Part shown: positions 1 to 8,659 of the stretch, one piece after another
Layout: each line of letters starts with the position of its first letter
How positions within the stretch are numbered: position 1 is the stretch's first letter
Origin: Candidatus Lindowbacteria bacterium RIFCSPLOWO2_12_FULL_62_27
GTDB taxonomy: Bacteria; Lindowbacteria; 2-12-FULL-62-27
Length of the DNA stretch: 42,745 nt
Assembly (NCBI GenBank): GCA_001784175.1
Contig: MFPR01000036.1
Location: forward strand, 1 to 42,745
Direction of reading: 5' to 3'
Position numbers and translations under genes: made by a program
Notes under the pieces: model-generated
What the model was told of the DNA's origin: nothing
Databases searched by the model: none
Seen by the model: the letters and a program-made list of their open reading frames with translations, nothing else

Positions 1-691
1 CGGCATATCCGGCGGCCGCAAGGTTGTTGACGGACGCGCGCGGAACCACGGGAGAAAAAACTCCATCAGAGTTGAGCGTGGAAACCAACCCAACCGTTTC
101 GCGAATCAGCGCGTTGACGGTCGACTCCTTCAACCGGCCATCGCGCAGTTCAAACAGGACGGCGTTGCGCTGCATGACCAGCGGGTGTGCCCTGGGATTT
201 TCACCGGCCGGAAGATTACCCGTCGCGGTCAGCGAGAGAAAAACGGCCTTTTCTATCGGGGACAGAAATACTCCCGATTTGACGGAGGAATACCCGTCGA
301 CCAGCTTGGCCAGTTGACGGCCAAGACCCGGATGCCGAAACGCGGTTGCGTAGACGACAAACTTCGAGTGATTGCTTTCTGTCCGCAGAGCCGATTTGCA
401 GTCTTCAATCGCCTTGTCCTTTGAAGGTCCAACCCTTGCCAGGATGACCTTCGTCGCGAGAGCCGGCGGCAGAGCCTCGACCCTGGACCATTCCATCTGG
501 CCGAGTTTGCTCACCTTGTTCTCGGCGAGCTGTTCGATAATCTTGTCGTTCTCGCTGACGGCCGGAGCTTCCGTGCGCTTGATCTTCAAGAAATCTTTCC
601 AAGCGGCCTCAGACGTCCCGGCCATTACAGCGATCAGCAATGCCGGCGCCAACCCGTATGTCAGCTTCCTGAAAAACTGTGACTGAATCAC
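1..691 (-). CDS. Hypothetical secreted protein (3' end outside window)
   Basis: Absent from the ORF track because no stop lies in the window. GTG at 691 with AAAGGAGGT RBS (701-709); frame open to base 1. N-terminus MIQSQFFRKLTYGLAPALLIAVMAGTSEA|AWK looks like a Sec signal peptide. Confidence 0.75.
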   Translation of the reverse strand, partial: MIQSQFFRKLTYGLAPALLIAVMAGTSEAAWKDFLKIKRTEAPAVSENDKIIEQLAENKVSKLGQMEWSRVEALPPALATKVILARVGPSKDKAIEDCKSALRTESNHSKFVVYATAFRHPGLGRQLAKLVDGYSSVKSGVFLSPIEKAVFLSLTATGNLPAGENPRAHPLVMQRNAVLFELRDGRLKESTVNALIRETVGLVSTLNSDGVFSPVVPRASVNNLAAAGYA

Positions 692-824
692 TTGTGATCC
701 ACCTCCTTTGCTTATTGTGACAACACATGTTGTCCGGCCCGAATTGGCCTGTGTAATGGGAAACGAGGGATGGTGGTAAAACCGAACAGAGATTTATCCG
801 CGGCGCCTGATCGAAAAGGCATCC

Positions 825-853
825 TTTACAAAAAACGGGGTCCTGTGTAAGAT
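825..853 (+). promoter_or_regulatory. Putative sigma70 promoter of the yceD-rpmF-fab operon
   Basis: TTTACA (825-830), 17 bp, TAAGAT (848-853). Confidence 0.5.
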
Positions 854-914
854 GCAACGGCCGGGTGAGGAAGAGACGGCGGGGCGTGTCGCCGGAATGG
901 GGGCGCTTTCCCAA

Positions 915-1454
915 ATGGAAATAAATGTAGTCAAGTTGTTAAGGGAGCCGGGCGGCAGTCTGACCCGGCAGTTTACGCCGCGGGCCGCGGAGCTGGCGTT
1001 CGAGGGCATCGAGTTCACCTCCAAGCCGATCCGCGTCAGCGTCGACCTTCAAAACGTCGGCGAGGACATCGTGGGCGATCTTCGGGTGAGCTGCGAGCTT
1101 TCGATCGAGTGCGGCCGCTGCGTGGAGCGCTGTTCGTACGCCGTGGAGGCGGATCGCCAGATCGAGTATCTGACGAACCCGACGGCCGAAGCGATGGAGG
1201 CGGAGATGGACGGCTGGTTTGTGAGCCAGTACGACGGCGAGCGGGTCGTGCTGGACGACGACGTGTGGCAGATGCTGCTCCTCGCGCTGCCCATGCGATT
1301 TTTGTGCCGGGAGGACTGCCGGGGGCTATGTCCGCGGTGCGGTGCGAATCTGAACCGCAGGCCCTGCGGGTGCCCACCGCTCGATACATCGCGCACCCAG
1401 GATCATCCGCTTCGGTCGGCGTTGAACGACATACTGCGAAAGAAAAAGCTGTAA
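915..1454 (+). CDS. yceD: DUF177/YceD family protein
   Basis: CGRC and LALPMRFLCREDCRGLCPRCG motifs; directly upstream of rpmF. Start placed at ATG 915 (897 possible) because 852 overlaps the predicted -10. Confidence 0.9.
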   Translation: MEINVVKLLREPGGSLTRQFTPRAAELAFEGIEFTSKPIRVSVDLQNVGEDIVGDLRVSCELSIECGRCVERCSYAVEADRQIEYLTNPTAEAMEAEMDGWFVSQYDGERVVLDDDVWQMLLLALPMRFLCREDCRGLCPRCGANLNRRPCGCPPLDTSRTQDHPLRSALNDILRKKKL

Positions 1455-1467
1455 GGAGAATCATGCA

Positions 1468-1653
1468 ATGGCAAATCCCAAGAGACGATTTTCAAAGGCA
1501 AGAACCCGGACCCGCCGGTCCCAATGGAAGGTCGCGCCCTCGAACACCGTGCCGTGTCCGAACTGCAAGTCCCCCGTTCTTCCGCACCACGTCTGTCCGA
1601 CCTGCGGCCAGTACCGGGGCCGGCAGGTCATCAAACTCGAATCGACCGACTGA
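1468..1653 (+). CDS. rpmF: 50S ribosomal protein L32 (zinc-ribbon type)
   Basis: MANPKRRFSKARTRTRR, CPNC...PHHVCPTCGQY; AAGGAG RBS. Confidence 0.98.
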   Translation: MANPKRRFSKARTRTRRSQWKVAPSNTVPCPNCKSPVLPHHVCPTCGQYRGRQVIKLESTD

Positions 1654-1668
1654 GATCACCGCCGCCCC

Positions 1669-2703
1669 ATGCCCGGCCTGACGCTCGCGCTCGACGCGAT
1701 GGGCGGCGACCGCGCGCCGTACCCCGCCGTCAAAGGCGCCGTGACGGCGACCGAGGCGCTCGGCGTGAAGGTGATCCTGGTCGGCGCCGAGCCCAAAATC
1801 CGCGAGGAGCTGGACCGCCTCCGCGTGCGCGGGGATTTGTCCGCTCGCGGGCTGGCCATCGAACACACGGACGAAGTGATCGGCATGGAGGACGCGCCGT
1901 CGTCGGTCCTCCGCGGCAAGCGTAACGCGAGCGTGGGTGTGTGTGCGCGGCTGGTGAAGGATCGGCGCGCGTCGGGGTTCGTGTCGGCCGGGAACACGGG
2001 CGCGGCGATGGCCGCGGCCGTCGGCGTCCTCGGCCGTCTCGAAGGCGTCCACCGGCCGGCGATCGCCGCGTATCTGCCGCGCATGGATGGGTCATTTTCC
2101 ATTTTGCTGGACGTCGGCGCCAACGTCGATTGCGCGCCGGAATGGCTGCAGCAGTTCGCGGTGATGGGTGACGAATACGCGAAATTTTTGTTCGGGATCG
2201 AACAGCCGCGCGTGGGGCTGTTGTCGACGGGCGAGGAGAAGGGCAAAGGCAACGAGCAGACGAAGGCCACGTTCGAGCTTCTGGAGAGCCTGCCGATCCC
2301 GTTCGTCGGCAACGTCGAGGGCCGGGACCTGTTCTCGGGCCGCGCGGACGTCATCGTCTGCGACGGATTTGTCGGCAACATCGCCCTGAAAGTAGCGGAG
2401 AGTCTGGCGGAGACGATGATGAAGCTGATCAAAAAAACCCTGACGAAAAATCCTGTCCGGCGCATCGGCGCGCTTTTGTCCCGGGGCGCGTTCCGCGAAA
2501 TGCTCAAGATCGCCGATTACTCCGAATACGGCGGATGCCCGCTCCTCGGCGTCAACGGCGTCGCCATCATCGGGCACGGCCGGTCGAACGCCAAGGCCTT
2601 TCACAACGCGCTGGGCGTGTGCAAGCGGTACGTCGAGCAGAACGTGGTCGGCAAGACGCAGGACCGTATCCTGGCCCTGCAGGCCATGCGGAGCGTTTCA
2701 TAA
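1669..2703 (+). CDS. plsX: Phosphate acyltransferase PlsX
   Basis: ALDAMGGD, SAGNTGA, LDVGAN, DVIVCDGFVGN, LLGVNG, HGRS motifs; synteny. Confidence 0.97.
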   Translation: MPGLTLALDAMGGDRAPYPAVKGAVTATEALGVKVILVGAEPKIREELDRLRVRGDLSARGLAIEHTDEVIGMEDAPSSVLRGKRNASVGVCARLVKDRRASGFVSAGNTGAAMAAAVGVLGRLEGVHRPAIAAYLPRMDGSFSILLDVGANVDCAPEWLQQFAVMGDEYAKFLFGIEQPRVGLLSTGEEKGKGNEQTKATFELLESLPIPFVGNVEGRDLFSGRADVIVCDGFVGNIALKVAESLAETMMKLIKKTLTKNPVRRIGALLSRGAFREMLKIADYSEYGGCPLLGVNGVAIIGHGRSNAKAFHNALGVCKRYVEQNVVGKTQDRILALQAMRSVS

Positions 2704-2708
2704 TAGAT

Positions 2709-3644
2709 ATGATAGGCGTCGGACTTCTGGGCGTGCGGTTCGCCGTGCCGGACCGGATTCTGACGAACCAGGACCTTGAAAAAATGGTCGACACGACCGA
2801 CGAGTGGATCCAGACGCGGACCGGCATCCGCCAGCGGCACATTTTGTCCGAGGGCGAATCGTCGGTCGATCTGGGCGCGCGCGCGGCCGAGAAGCTGCTG
2901 CAGGACCTGAATTTCGACAAGACCCGGATCGACGCCCTCCTCGTCGCCACCGCCACGCCCGAAATGCTGTTCCCTTCCACCGCCTGCATCCTGACGCACC
3001 GGCTGGGCCTGAACGGCATCCCGGCGTTCGATTTTTCGGCCGCCTGCTCCGGATTCGTCTACGGCCTGTCGATCATCAAGAGCTTCATCGAATCGGGCGC
3101 CCACCGCACCGTGCTGCTCGTGTGCGTGGAGGCGCTGTCGAAAATCGTGAACTGGCAGGACCGCAGCACCTGCGTGCTCTTCGGCGACGGCGCCGGCGCG
3201 GCGCTTTTGTCAGCGACCGAAACCGACCGGCGCTTGAAGTCCATTCTGATCGGCGCGGATGGGCAGTACCAAGAATATCTGTATGTCCCGCTGGGCGGAA
3301 CGGTCGCGATGTCGGGCCGGGACGTGTTCCAGGTCGCGTGCAGGAAAATGACGGAGGCCGCGACGGAGGCCCTGAGCAAGGCCCATCTGACGCTGGATGA
3401 CATTGATCTTGTCATCCCGCACCAGGCCAACACGCGGATCATTTCGCAGGTCGCCAAGCTCCTTCGCATTCCCGAGGAAAAATTTTTCGTCAACATCCAG
3501 TCCTACGGCAACACCTCCGCCGCCTCCATCCCGATCGCCTACCGCGAGGCCGAGGAAGCCGGCCGGGTCCGGCCCGGGTCCCATGTGCTCTTCGTCGCGT
3601 TCGGCGGCGGGTTCACGTGGGGCGCGGCGGTGCTCAAGGTCTGA
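2709..3644 (+). CDS. fabH: 3-oxoacyl-ACP synthase III
   Basis: DEWIQTRTGI, AACSGF, FGDGAGA, PHQAN, GNTSAAS, FGGGFTWG; ATG at 2709 just after the plsX stop. Confidence 0.97.
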   Translation: MIGVGLLGVRFAVPDRILTNQDLEKMVDTTDEWIQTRTGIRQRHILSEGESSVDLGARAAEKLLQDLNFDKTRIDALLVATATPEMLFPSTACILTHRLGLNGIPAFDFSAACSGFVYGLSIIKSFIESGAHRTVLLVCVEALSKIVNWQDRSTCVLFGDGAGAALLSATETDRRLKSILIGADGQYQEYLYVPLGGTVAMSGRDVFQVACRKMTEAATEALSKAHLTLDDIDLVIPHQANTRIISQVAKLLRIPEEKFFVNIQSYGNTSAASIPIAYREAEEAGRVRPGSHVLFVAFGGGFTWGAAVLKV

Positions 3645-3651
3645 TCCGGCC

Positions 3652-4593
3652 ATGAAAATCGGTTTCCTCTTCAGCGGCCAGGGGTCGCAGGCGGTCGGCA
3701 TGGGGAAGGCGTTTTACGACGCCATGCCGGCGGTGCGCGAATTGTTCGATGCCGCCGAAACCGCGCTTTCGATGCCGATAAAAAAATTCTTATTTGAAGG
3801 CCCGGAGGAGACGCTGACCCGCACCGACATCACTCAGCCCGCGATCGCGCTGGTGTCTCTGGCGGCCCTGCGCGTGGCAAGAGATCGCGGGATCGAGGCG
3901 CATGCCGCGTGCGGTCACAGTCTCGGCGAGTACGCGGCGCTCGTGTCGGCCGGCGTCATGGAGGAGCTGGATGCGCTCCGGGTCGTCGCGCGCCGTGGGC
4001 AGGCCATGCAGGCCGCCGCGGACGCCGCGCCGGGCATAATGGCGGCGGTGGTCGGATTGAGCCTGGATCAGGTTCAGGCCGCGCTCGAGGGAATCGCGGG
4101 CGTGCAGGTCGCGGCGCAAAACGCGCCGGATCAGATCGTGCTATCGGGCGAGACCGCTGCGGTGGAGGCGGCGGTTGAAAAGATGAAATCAGCGGGCGCG
4201 AAAAACGCCGTGCCTCTCAAGACCAGCGGGGCCTGGCATTCGCACCTCATGGAACCGGCCACGGGGCCGCTCGAAGCGGCGCTGTCGTCGGTCCGACTGC
4301 GGTCGCCTTCCTTTCCGGTCGTCGCCAACGCGACCGCCGAACCGTTTCCCTTTGAAGATGAGGCGTCGGCCAGGGACCTTCTGGCGCGCCAGCTCACGTC
4401 GCCGATCCGGTTTGTCGATTGCCTGTTGACGATGCGGGCGCTCGGCGTCGACGCGTTTGTGGAGCTGGGTCCGGGCAAGGTTCTGCGCGGCCTCGTCAAG
4501 AAACTGGATCGAACGATTCCCGCGTTCAACGTCGAGGACCCCGCGAGCCTCGATGAAACGATCAAGGCCGTGTCGGCCGGGCGGCCGGCATGA
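3652..4593 (+). CDS. fabD: Malonyl-CoA:ACP transacylase
   Basis: FSGQGSQ, TQPAI, GHSLGEY, AWHS, ELGPG; ATG at 3652. Confidence 0.97.
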   Translation: MKIGFLFSGQGSQAVGMGKAFYDAMPAVRELFDAAETALSMPIKKFLFEGPEETLTRTDITQPAIALVSLAALRVARDRGIEAHAACGHSLGEYAALVSAGVMEELDALRVVARRGQAMQAAADAAPGIMAAVVGLSLDQVQAALEGIAGVQVAAQNAPDQIVLSGETAAVEAAVEKMKSAGAKNAVPLKTSGAWHSHLMEPATGPLEAALSSVRLRSPSFPVVANATAEPFPFEDEASARDLLARQLTSPIRFVDCLLTMRALGVDAFVELGPGKVLRGLVKKLDRTIPAFNVEDPASLDETIKAVSAGRPA

Positions 4594-5366
4594 CGGAGAT
4601 GAACGCGCAGGCCGCACAGGCCGCGCCCGCGCAGAAAGTGGCCGTCGTGACCGGCGCCGGCAGCGGAATCGGCGAGGCGTGCGCCCGGCGGCTGGCGGCC
4701 GACGGCTGCCACGTGGCGCTGTTCGGGCGGCGGCTCGACAAGATCGAGGCCGTGGCGCAGTCGATCTGTGGCGCCGGCGGCGTCGACGCCGCCATCGCGG
4801 TGGCCTGCGACGTGTCGAGCGAGTCGTCGGTCGCCGCCGCGCAGAAGCAGGTGTCGGACCGGCTCGGCGTCTGCAACATCCTCGTGAACAACGCCGGGGT
4901 CACGAAGGACGGCTTGTTTATCCGGATGAAGACGGAGGATTTCGAGTCGGTTCTTCGGACGAACCTCGTCGGCGCCTTTATCGTCACCCACGCGTTTGCG
5001 CCGGCCATGATCCGCACCCGCTGGGGCCGGATCGTCAATGTCAGTTCCACCGTCGGGCTCACCGGCAACATCGGCCAGGCAAATTATGCCGCTTCCAAGT
5101 CCGGCTTGTTCGGCCTCACCAAGACCCTCGCGCTCGAATTCGCCCGCCGAAACGTCACCGTCAACGCCGTCGCGCCCGGATTCATCGAAACCGGGATGAC
5201 CCAGGGCCTGACCGAGGAGGTCCGCGCGGAGGTGCTGCGCCGCACCCCCCTCGAGCGGTTTGCGCGGCCGGAGGAGGTCGCGGCGCTCGTCGGGTTTCTG
5301 TGTTCCGACGCGGCCGGATACATCACGGGGGAGACCATCCGTATTGACGGCGGGATGGCAATGTGA
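4590..5366 (+). CDS. fabG: 3-oxoacyl-ACP reductase
   Basis: TGAGSGIG, NNAG, GQANYAASK, VAPGFI; ATGA overlap with fabD. Confidence 0.96.
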   Translation: MTEMNAQAAQAAPAQKVAVVTGAGSGIGEACARRLAADGCHVALFGRRLDKIEAVAQSICGAGGVDAAIAVACDVSSESSVAAAQKQVSDRLGVCNILVNNAGVTKDGLFIRMKTEDFESVLRTNLVGAFIVTHAFAPAMIRTRWGRIVNVSSTVGLTGNIGQANYAASKSGLFGLTKTLALEFARRNVTVNAVAPGFIETGMTQGLTEEVRAEVLRRTPLERFARPEEVAALVGFLCSDAAGYITGETIRIDGGMAM

Positions 5367-5415
5367 TTAATACGCTACAAGATTGAATATCGAAATCAGA
5401 GGGCAGGAGGGTTGA

Positions 5416-5655
5416 ATGGCGAGTATTGAGGAGCGCGTGAAGGAAATCATCATCGACCAGTTGGGCGTGACGGAGGAAGAGGTGAAGGACGCCGCGTCGT
5501 TCATCGACGACCTCGGCGCCGACTCGCTCGACACCGCCGAGCTGGTCATGGCCTTCGAGCAGGAATTCGGCATCAGCATTCCGGACGAAGAAGCCGAAAA
5601 GATCAAGACGGTCGGTCAGGCCGTCGAGCATGTGAAGAAGGCGGTCAAGGAATAG
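5416..5655 (+). CDS. acpP: Acyl carrier protein
   Basis: DLGADSLD phosphopantetheine site; GGAGG RBS. Confidence 0.98.
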   Translation: MASIEERVKEIIIDQLGVTEEEVKDAASFIDDLGADSLDTAELVMAFEQEFGISIPDEEAEKIKTVGQAVEHVKKAVKE

Positions 5656-5700
5656 ACCGCAACGCCGGCGCCTCTCCACACGCGCGCAGGAGCGAAAGGT

Positions 5701-6948
5701 ATGCGATCGGATCGGCGGGTAGTGATCACGGGCGTCGGCGTTGTTTCTCCGAACGGTCTCGGCGCGGATATGCTCTGGAGCGCCGTCATCGAGGGCCGGT
5801 GCGCGGCCCGGCCGGTCGAGGGGTTTGACGCTCGCCGGTTTCCCACCACCTTTGCCTGTGAAGTCACGGGCTACACCCCTGAAGAGCACTTTTCGTCGAA
5901 GGAACTCAAACGGCTGGACCGGTTCGTCCAGCTCGGCCTGATCGCCGCGAAAGAGGCGATCGGGGACAGCGGGATAGACGCGTCCAAGGAGCCGCTGGAC
6001 CGGATCGGCGTGATCATCGGTTCGGGGATCGGCGGGATCGCGACGCTCGAGCAGGAGGCGCGCGCGCTGGACCCGGCGTCGGAGCATCCCAAGGTTTCGG
6101 TGTTTCTGATTCCGAAACTCATCATCAACATGTGCAGCGGCGAAGTCGCCATCCGCTACGGGTTCTGCGGGCCGAACCTGACCCAGGCGACGGCGTGCGC
6201 GACGGGGACGCATTCGATCGGCGACGCGATGAAGATCATCCAGCGGGGCGACGCCGACGTCATGATCGCCGGCGGCACCGAGGCCGCGGTCACGCCGCTG
6301 GGGTTTGGCGGCTTTTGCAGCATGAAGGCCCTCTCGCGCCGCAACGACGATCCGGCGCACGCCTCGCGTCCGTTCGACGCCGACCGCGACGGTTTCGTGA
6401 TGGGCGAGGGCGCGGGCGTCGTTGTGATCGAGGAGCTGGAGCGGGCGAAGAAGCGGGGCGCCAAAATTTACGCCGAGGTCGCCGGCTACGGCCTTTCGGC
6501 CGACGCCTACCACATCACGGAGCCGGAACCGACCGGCAAGGGCGCCCGGCGTGCGATGTCGATGGCGATCACGGACGCCGGCCTGAATCCGACGGACGTC
6601 GATTACGTCAACGCGCACGGCACCTCGACCAAATTCAACGACCGCGCGGAAACGCAGGCCATCAAGGCCGTCTTCGGCGACCACGCCCGCCGCCTTCCGG
6701 TCAGCTCCACCAAATCGACGACCGGACACCTTCTCGGCGCGGCCGGCGCCGTCGAGTCCATCACCTGCGCCTTTGCCTTGCAGCGCGGCGTGATCCCGCC
6801 GACGGCGCATTACCAGACGCCCGACCCCGAGTGCGATCTCGACTATGTGCCGAACACGGCGCGGGAAAAACCGATCCGGGTCGCGCTCAACAACGCCTTC
6901 GGGTTCGGCGGCCACAACGGTTGCCTGATTCTCAAAAAATTTGTCTGA
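5701..6948 (+). CDS. fabF: 3-oxoacyl-ACP synthase II
   Basis: TACATG, NAHGTST, KSTTGHLLGAAG, FGFGGHN. Confidence 0.97.
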   Translation: MRSDRRVVITGVGVVSPNGLGADMLWSAVIEGRCAARPVEGFDARRFPTTFACEVTGYTPEEHFSSKELKRLDRFVQLGLIAAKEAIGDSGIDASKEPLDRIGVIIGSGIGGIATLEQEARALDPASEHPKVSVFLIPKLIINMCSGEVAIRYGFCGPNLTQATACATGTHSIGDAMKIIQRGDADVMIAGGTEAAVTPLGFGGFCSMKALSRRNDDPAHASRPFDADRDGFVMGEGAGVVVIEELERAKKRGAKIYAEVAGYGLSADAYHITEPEPTGKGARRAMSMAITDAGLNPTDVDYVNAHGTSTKFNDRAETQAIKAVFGDHARRLPVSSTKSTTGHLLGAAGAVESITCAFALQRGVIPPTAHYQTPDPECDLDYVPNTAREKPIRVALNNAFGFGGHNGCLILKKFV

Positions 6949-7612
6949 CCTCGCGGCGTTAGAGGATATCCTGGGCCACCGGTTTTCAAAACCGGACCTC
7001 CTGCTGACCGCTCTCACGCACCGCTCGTACCGCTCGGTCGACGCGGCGTGCGGAGACTATGAGCGGCTGGAGTTTCTAGGGGACGCGGTCCTCGGCATGG
7101 TGGTCAGCCAGAAATTGTTCCGCGACCTCGATCTGCCCGCGGGCGATCTCACCAAGCGCACCAGCCAGGTGGTGAGCCGGTCGGCCTGCGAGGGGGTTGC
7201 CCGGCGGATGGGGCTCGACCGGCATGTCCGTGTGGGCCCGGCGGCCACCATCGAGGGCACATCCATTCTGTCCAACGTCATTGAAGCCGTGCTTGGCGCG
7301 GTCTATCTCGACGGGGGCTTGGACGCCGCGACGGAATTTGTGTACCGCCATTTCGGCGACCTCATCGCCTCCGCGATTCTCGAGGGCGTCGAAAATCCCA
7401 AGGCCATGATGAACGAACTTTTCCTGAAGGAGCGCAAAGCCGCCCCGACCTACCGGGTCGTCGAAACCTCCGGCCCGGACCACGCCCCGACCTACGTGGT
7501 CGAGGCGATCTTCGAAGACAAGGTCCTGGGCCGGGGCGCCGGCCGGAACAAGCGCGAGGCCGAAGCCGCCGCGGCGCGCAACGCCATCGAATCGCTGCTC
7601 GCCGGGCGATAA
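6941..7612 (+). CDS. rnc: Ribonuclease III
   Basis: ALTHRS, ERLEFLGDAVL signature and a C-terminal dsRBD (GPDHAP...GRNKREAEAAAA); TTG start overlapping the end of fabF. Confidence 0.96.
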   Translation: MSDLAALEDILGHRFSKPDLLLTALTHRSYRSVDAACGDYERLEFLGDAVLGMVVSQKLFRDLDLPAGDLTKRTSQVVSRSACEGVARRMGLDRHVRVGPAATIEGTSILSNVIEAVLGAVYLDGGLDAATEFVYRHFGDLIASAILEGVENPKAMMNELFLKERKAAPTYRVVETSGPDHAPTYVVEAIFEDKVLGRGAGRNKREAEAAAARNAIESLLAGR

Positions 7613-7829
7613 CGGGCTCTTTGAATTCCATCCGGCAGCGCGCGCCGGGTTACCGGAAATCGCGGCGGAAATAACCGATGGCCATTACTGCAAAACTGCA
7701 TCTCTGACACCGATTACCCACCCTGCGCACACTTGAAATCGTGCCACCCCTGCGGTAAGTTTACACTATAAGTTGCAGTCGGACGTGGTCCATGATCATG
7801 GAAGAACTGCAATTCCAAGGAGGATCAAC

Positions 7830-8057
7830 ATGGCCAGTGTACAAGAAATCATCAGAGACGCTGAATCGCTCCCCGTCGAGGAAAGGGCGATTCTAGTCGA
7901 TTCGTTGCTTAGAACTTTGAATGCTACCGATCCGGAAATCGACAAACTCTGGATTAAGGAAGCCAAACGTCGTCTGGAGGAACTTCGTTCCGGGCACGTG
8001 CGGGGAATTCCGGGCGAGGAAGTCTTCGAGCGTATTCACAAACGTTTTGAAAAATGA
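7830..8057 (+). CDS. Addiction-module antitoxin (TIGR02574-like)
   Basis: LPVEERAILVDSLLRTL...IDKLWIKEAKRRLEEL...GIPGEEVF pattern; AAGGAGG RBS; ATGA overlap with the toxin. Confidence 0.85.
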   Translation: MASVQEIIRDAESLPVEERAILVDSLLRTLNATDPEIDKLWIKEAKRRLEELRSGHVRGIPGEEVFERIHKRFEK

Positions 8058-8365
8058 TTTTTACCTTTCATCCCGCCGCCGAGACGGAATTTATCGAGGC
8101 CGTCGACTATTATGAAAAATGTGGGAAGGGGCTCGGCTATGATTTTTCCATGGAGGTTTACTCGGCAATTCGAAACGTTGTCGATTTTCCAAAAGCATGG
8201 CCGATCGTGGAAGGCGATGCACGCCGCTGCCTGACAAACCGGTTCCCTTTTGGAGTTCTCTACAGCATCGAACCAGACAGAATATTTATCCTGGCCATCA
8301 TGCATTTGCGCCGGCATCCGGACTACTGGAAAGAACGGAAGCCCAACACGACATCCACTCCGTGA
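8054..8365 (+). CDS. RelE/ParE family toxin
   Basis: FHPAAETEFIEAVDYY...RRCLTNRFPFGVLY...ILAIMHLRRHPDYW pattern. Confidence 0.88.
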   Translation: MIFTFHPAAETEFIEAVDYYEKCGKGLGYDFSMEVYSAIRNVVDFPKAWPIVEGDARRCLTNRFPFGVLYSIEPDRIFILAIMHLRRHPDYWKERKPNTTSTP

Positions 8366-8394
8366 TCTCCGTGTTCATTTCCGTGTCCTCTGTG
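8358..8394 (+). repeat. Four YTCYGTG heptamers arranged as two pairs
   Basis: CTCCGTG 8358, CTCCGTG 8367, TTCCGTG 8379, CTCTGTG 8388. Confidence 0.55.
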
Positions 8395-8598
8395 AGAACC
8401 TCCCCTCTATCTGCCTGTTACAGCGCCGCCGAATGTAAAAATGATTTCCGCTCATCTTGAATTGATCATGTGATCCGGCATGGTCAAACTGCGGATGGCG
8501 CATCCCGAACGAACATGTAGCCCGCCGCATATCGCGCCGCATGACCAAACCATCACTCGCTGCTCCTGCGGCGGAGAGGAGGAGATGAGTAGCGCAAA

Positions 8599-8628
8599 TT
8601 GACTACTTTGTCCGACTTTGGATATAGT
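8599..8628 (+). promoter_or_regulatory. Putative sigma70 promoter of the reductase operon
   Basis: TTGACT (8599-8604), 18 bp, TATAGT (8623-8628); GGAAGGAG RBS downstream. Confidence 0.45.
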
Positions 8629-8659
8629 AGGTCTGAGTGAGGGCGGAAGGAGACGACCC

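Noticed and set aside
719..734. NrdR box
   Set aside because: The palindrome is superficially similar but its centre does not match, and no ribonucleotide reductase gene is adjacent.
5323..7017. 564-aa minus-strand ORF
   Set aside because: Antisense shadow of acpP-fabF.
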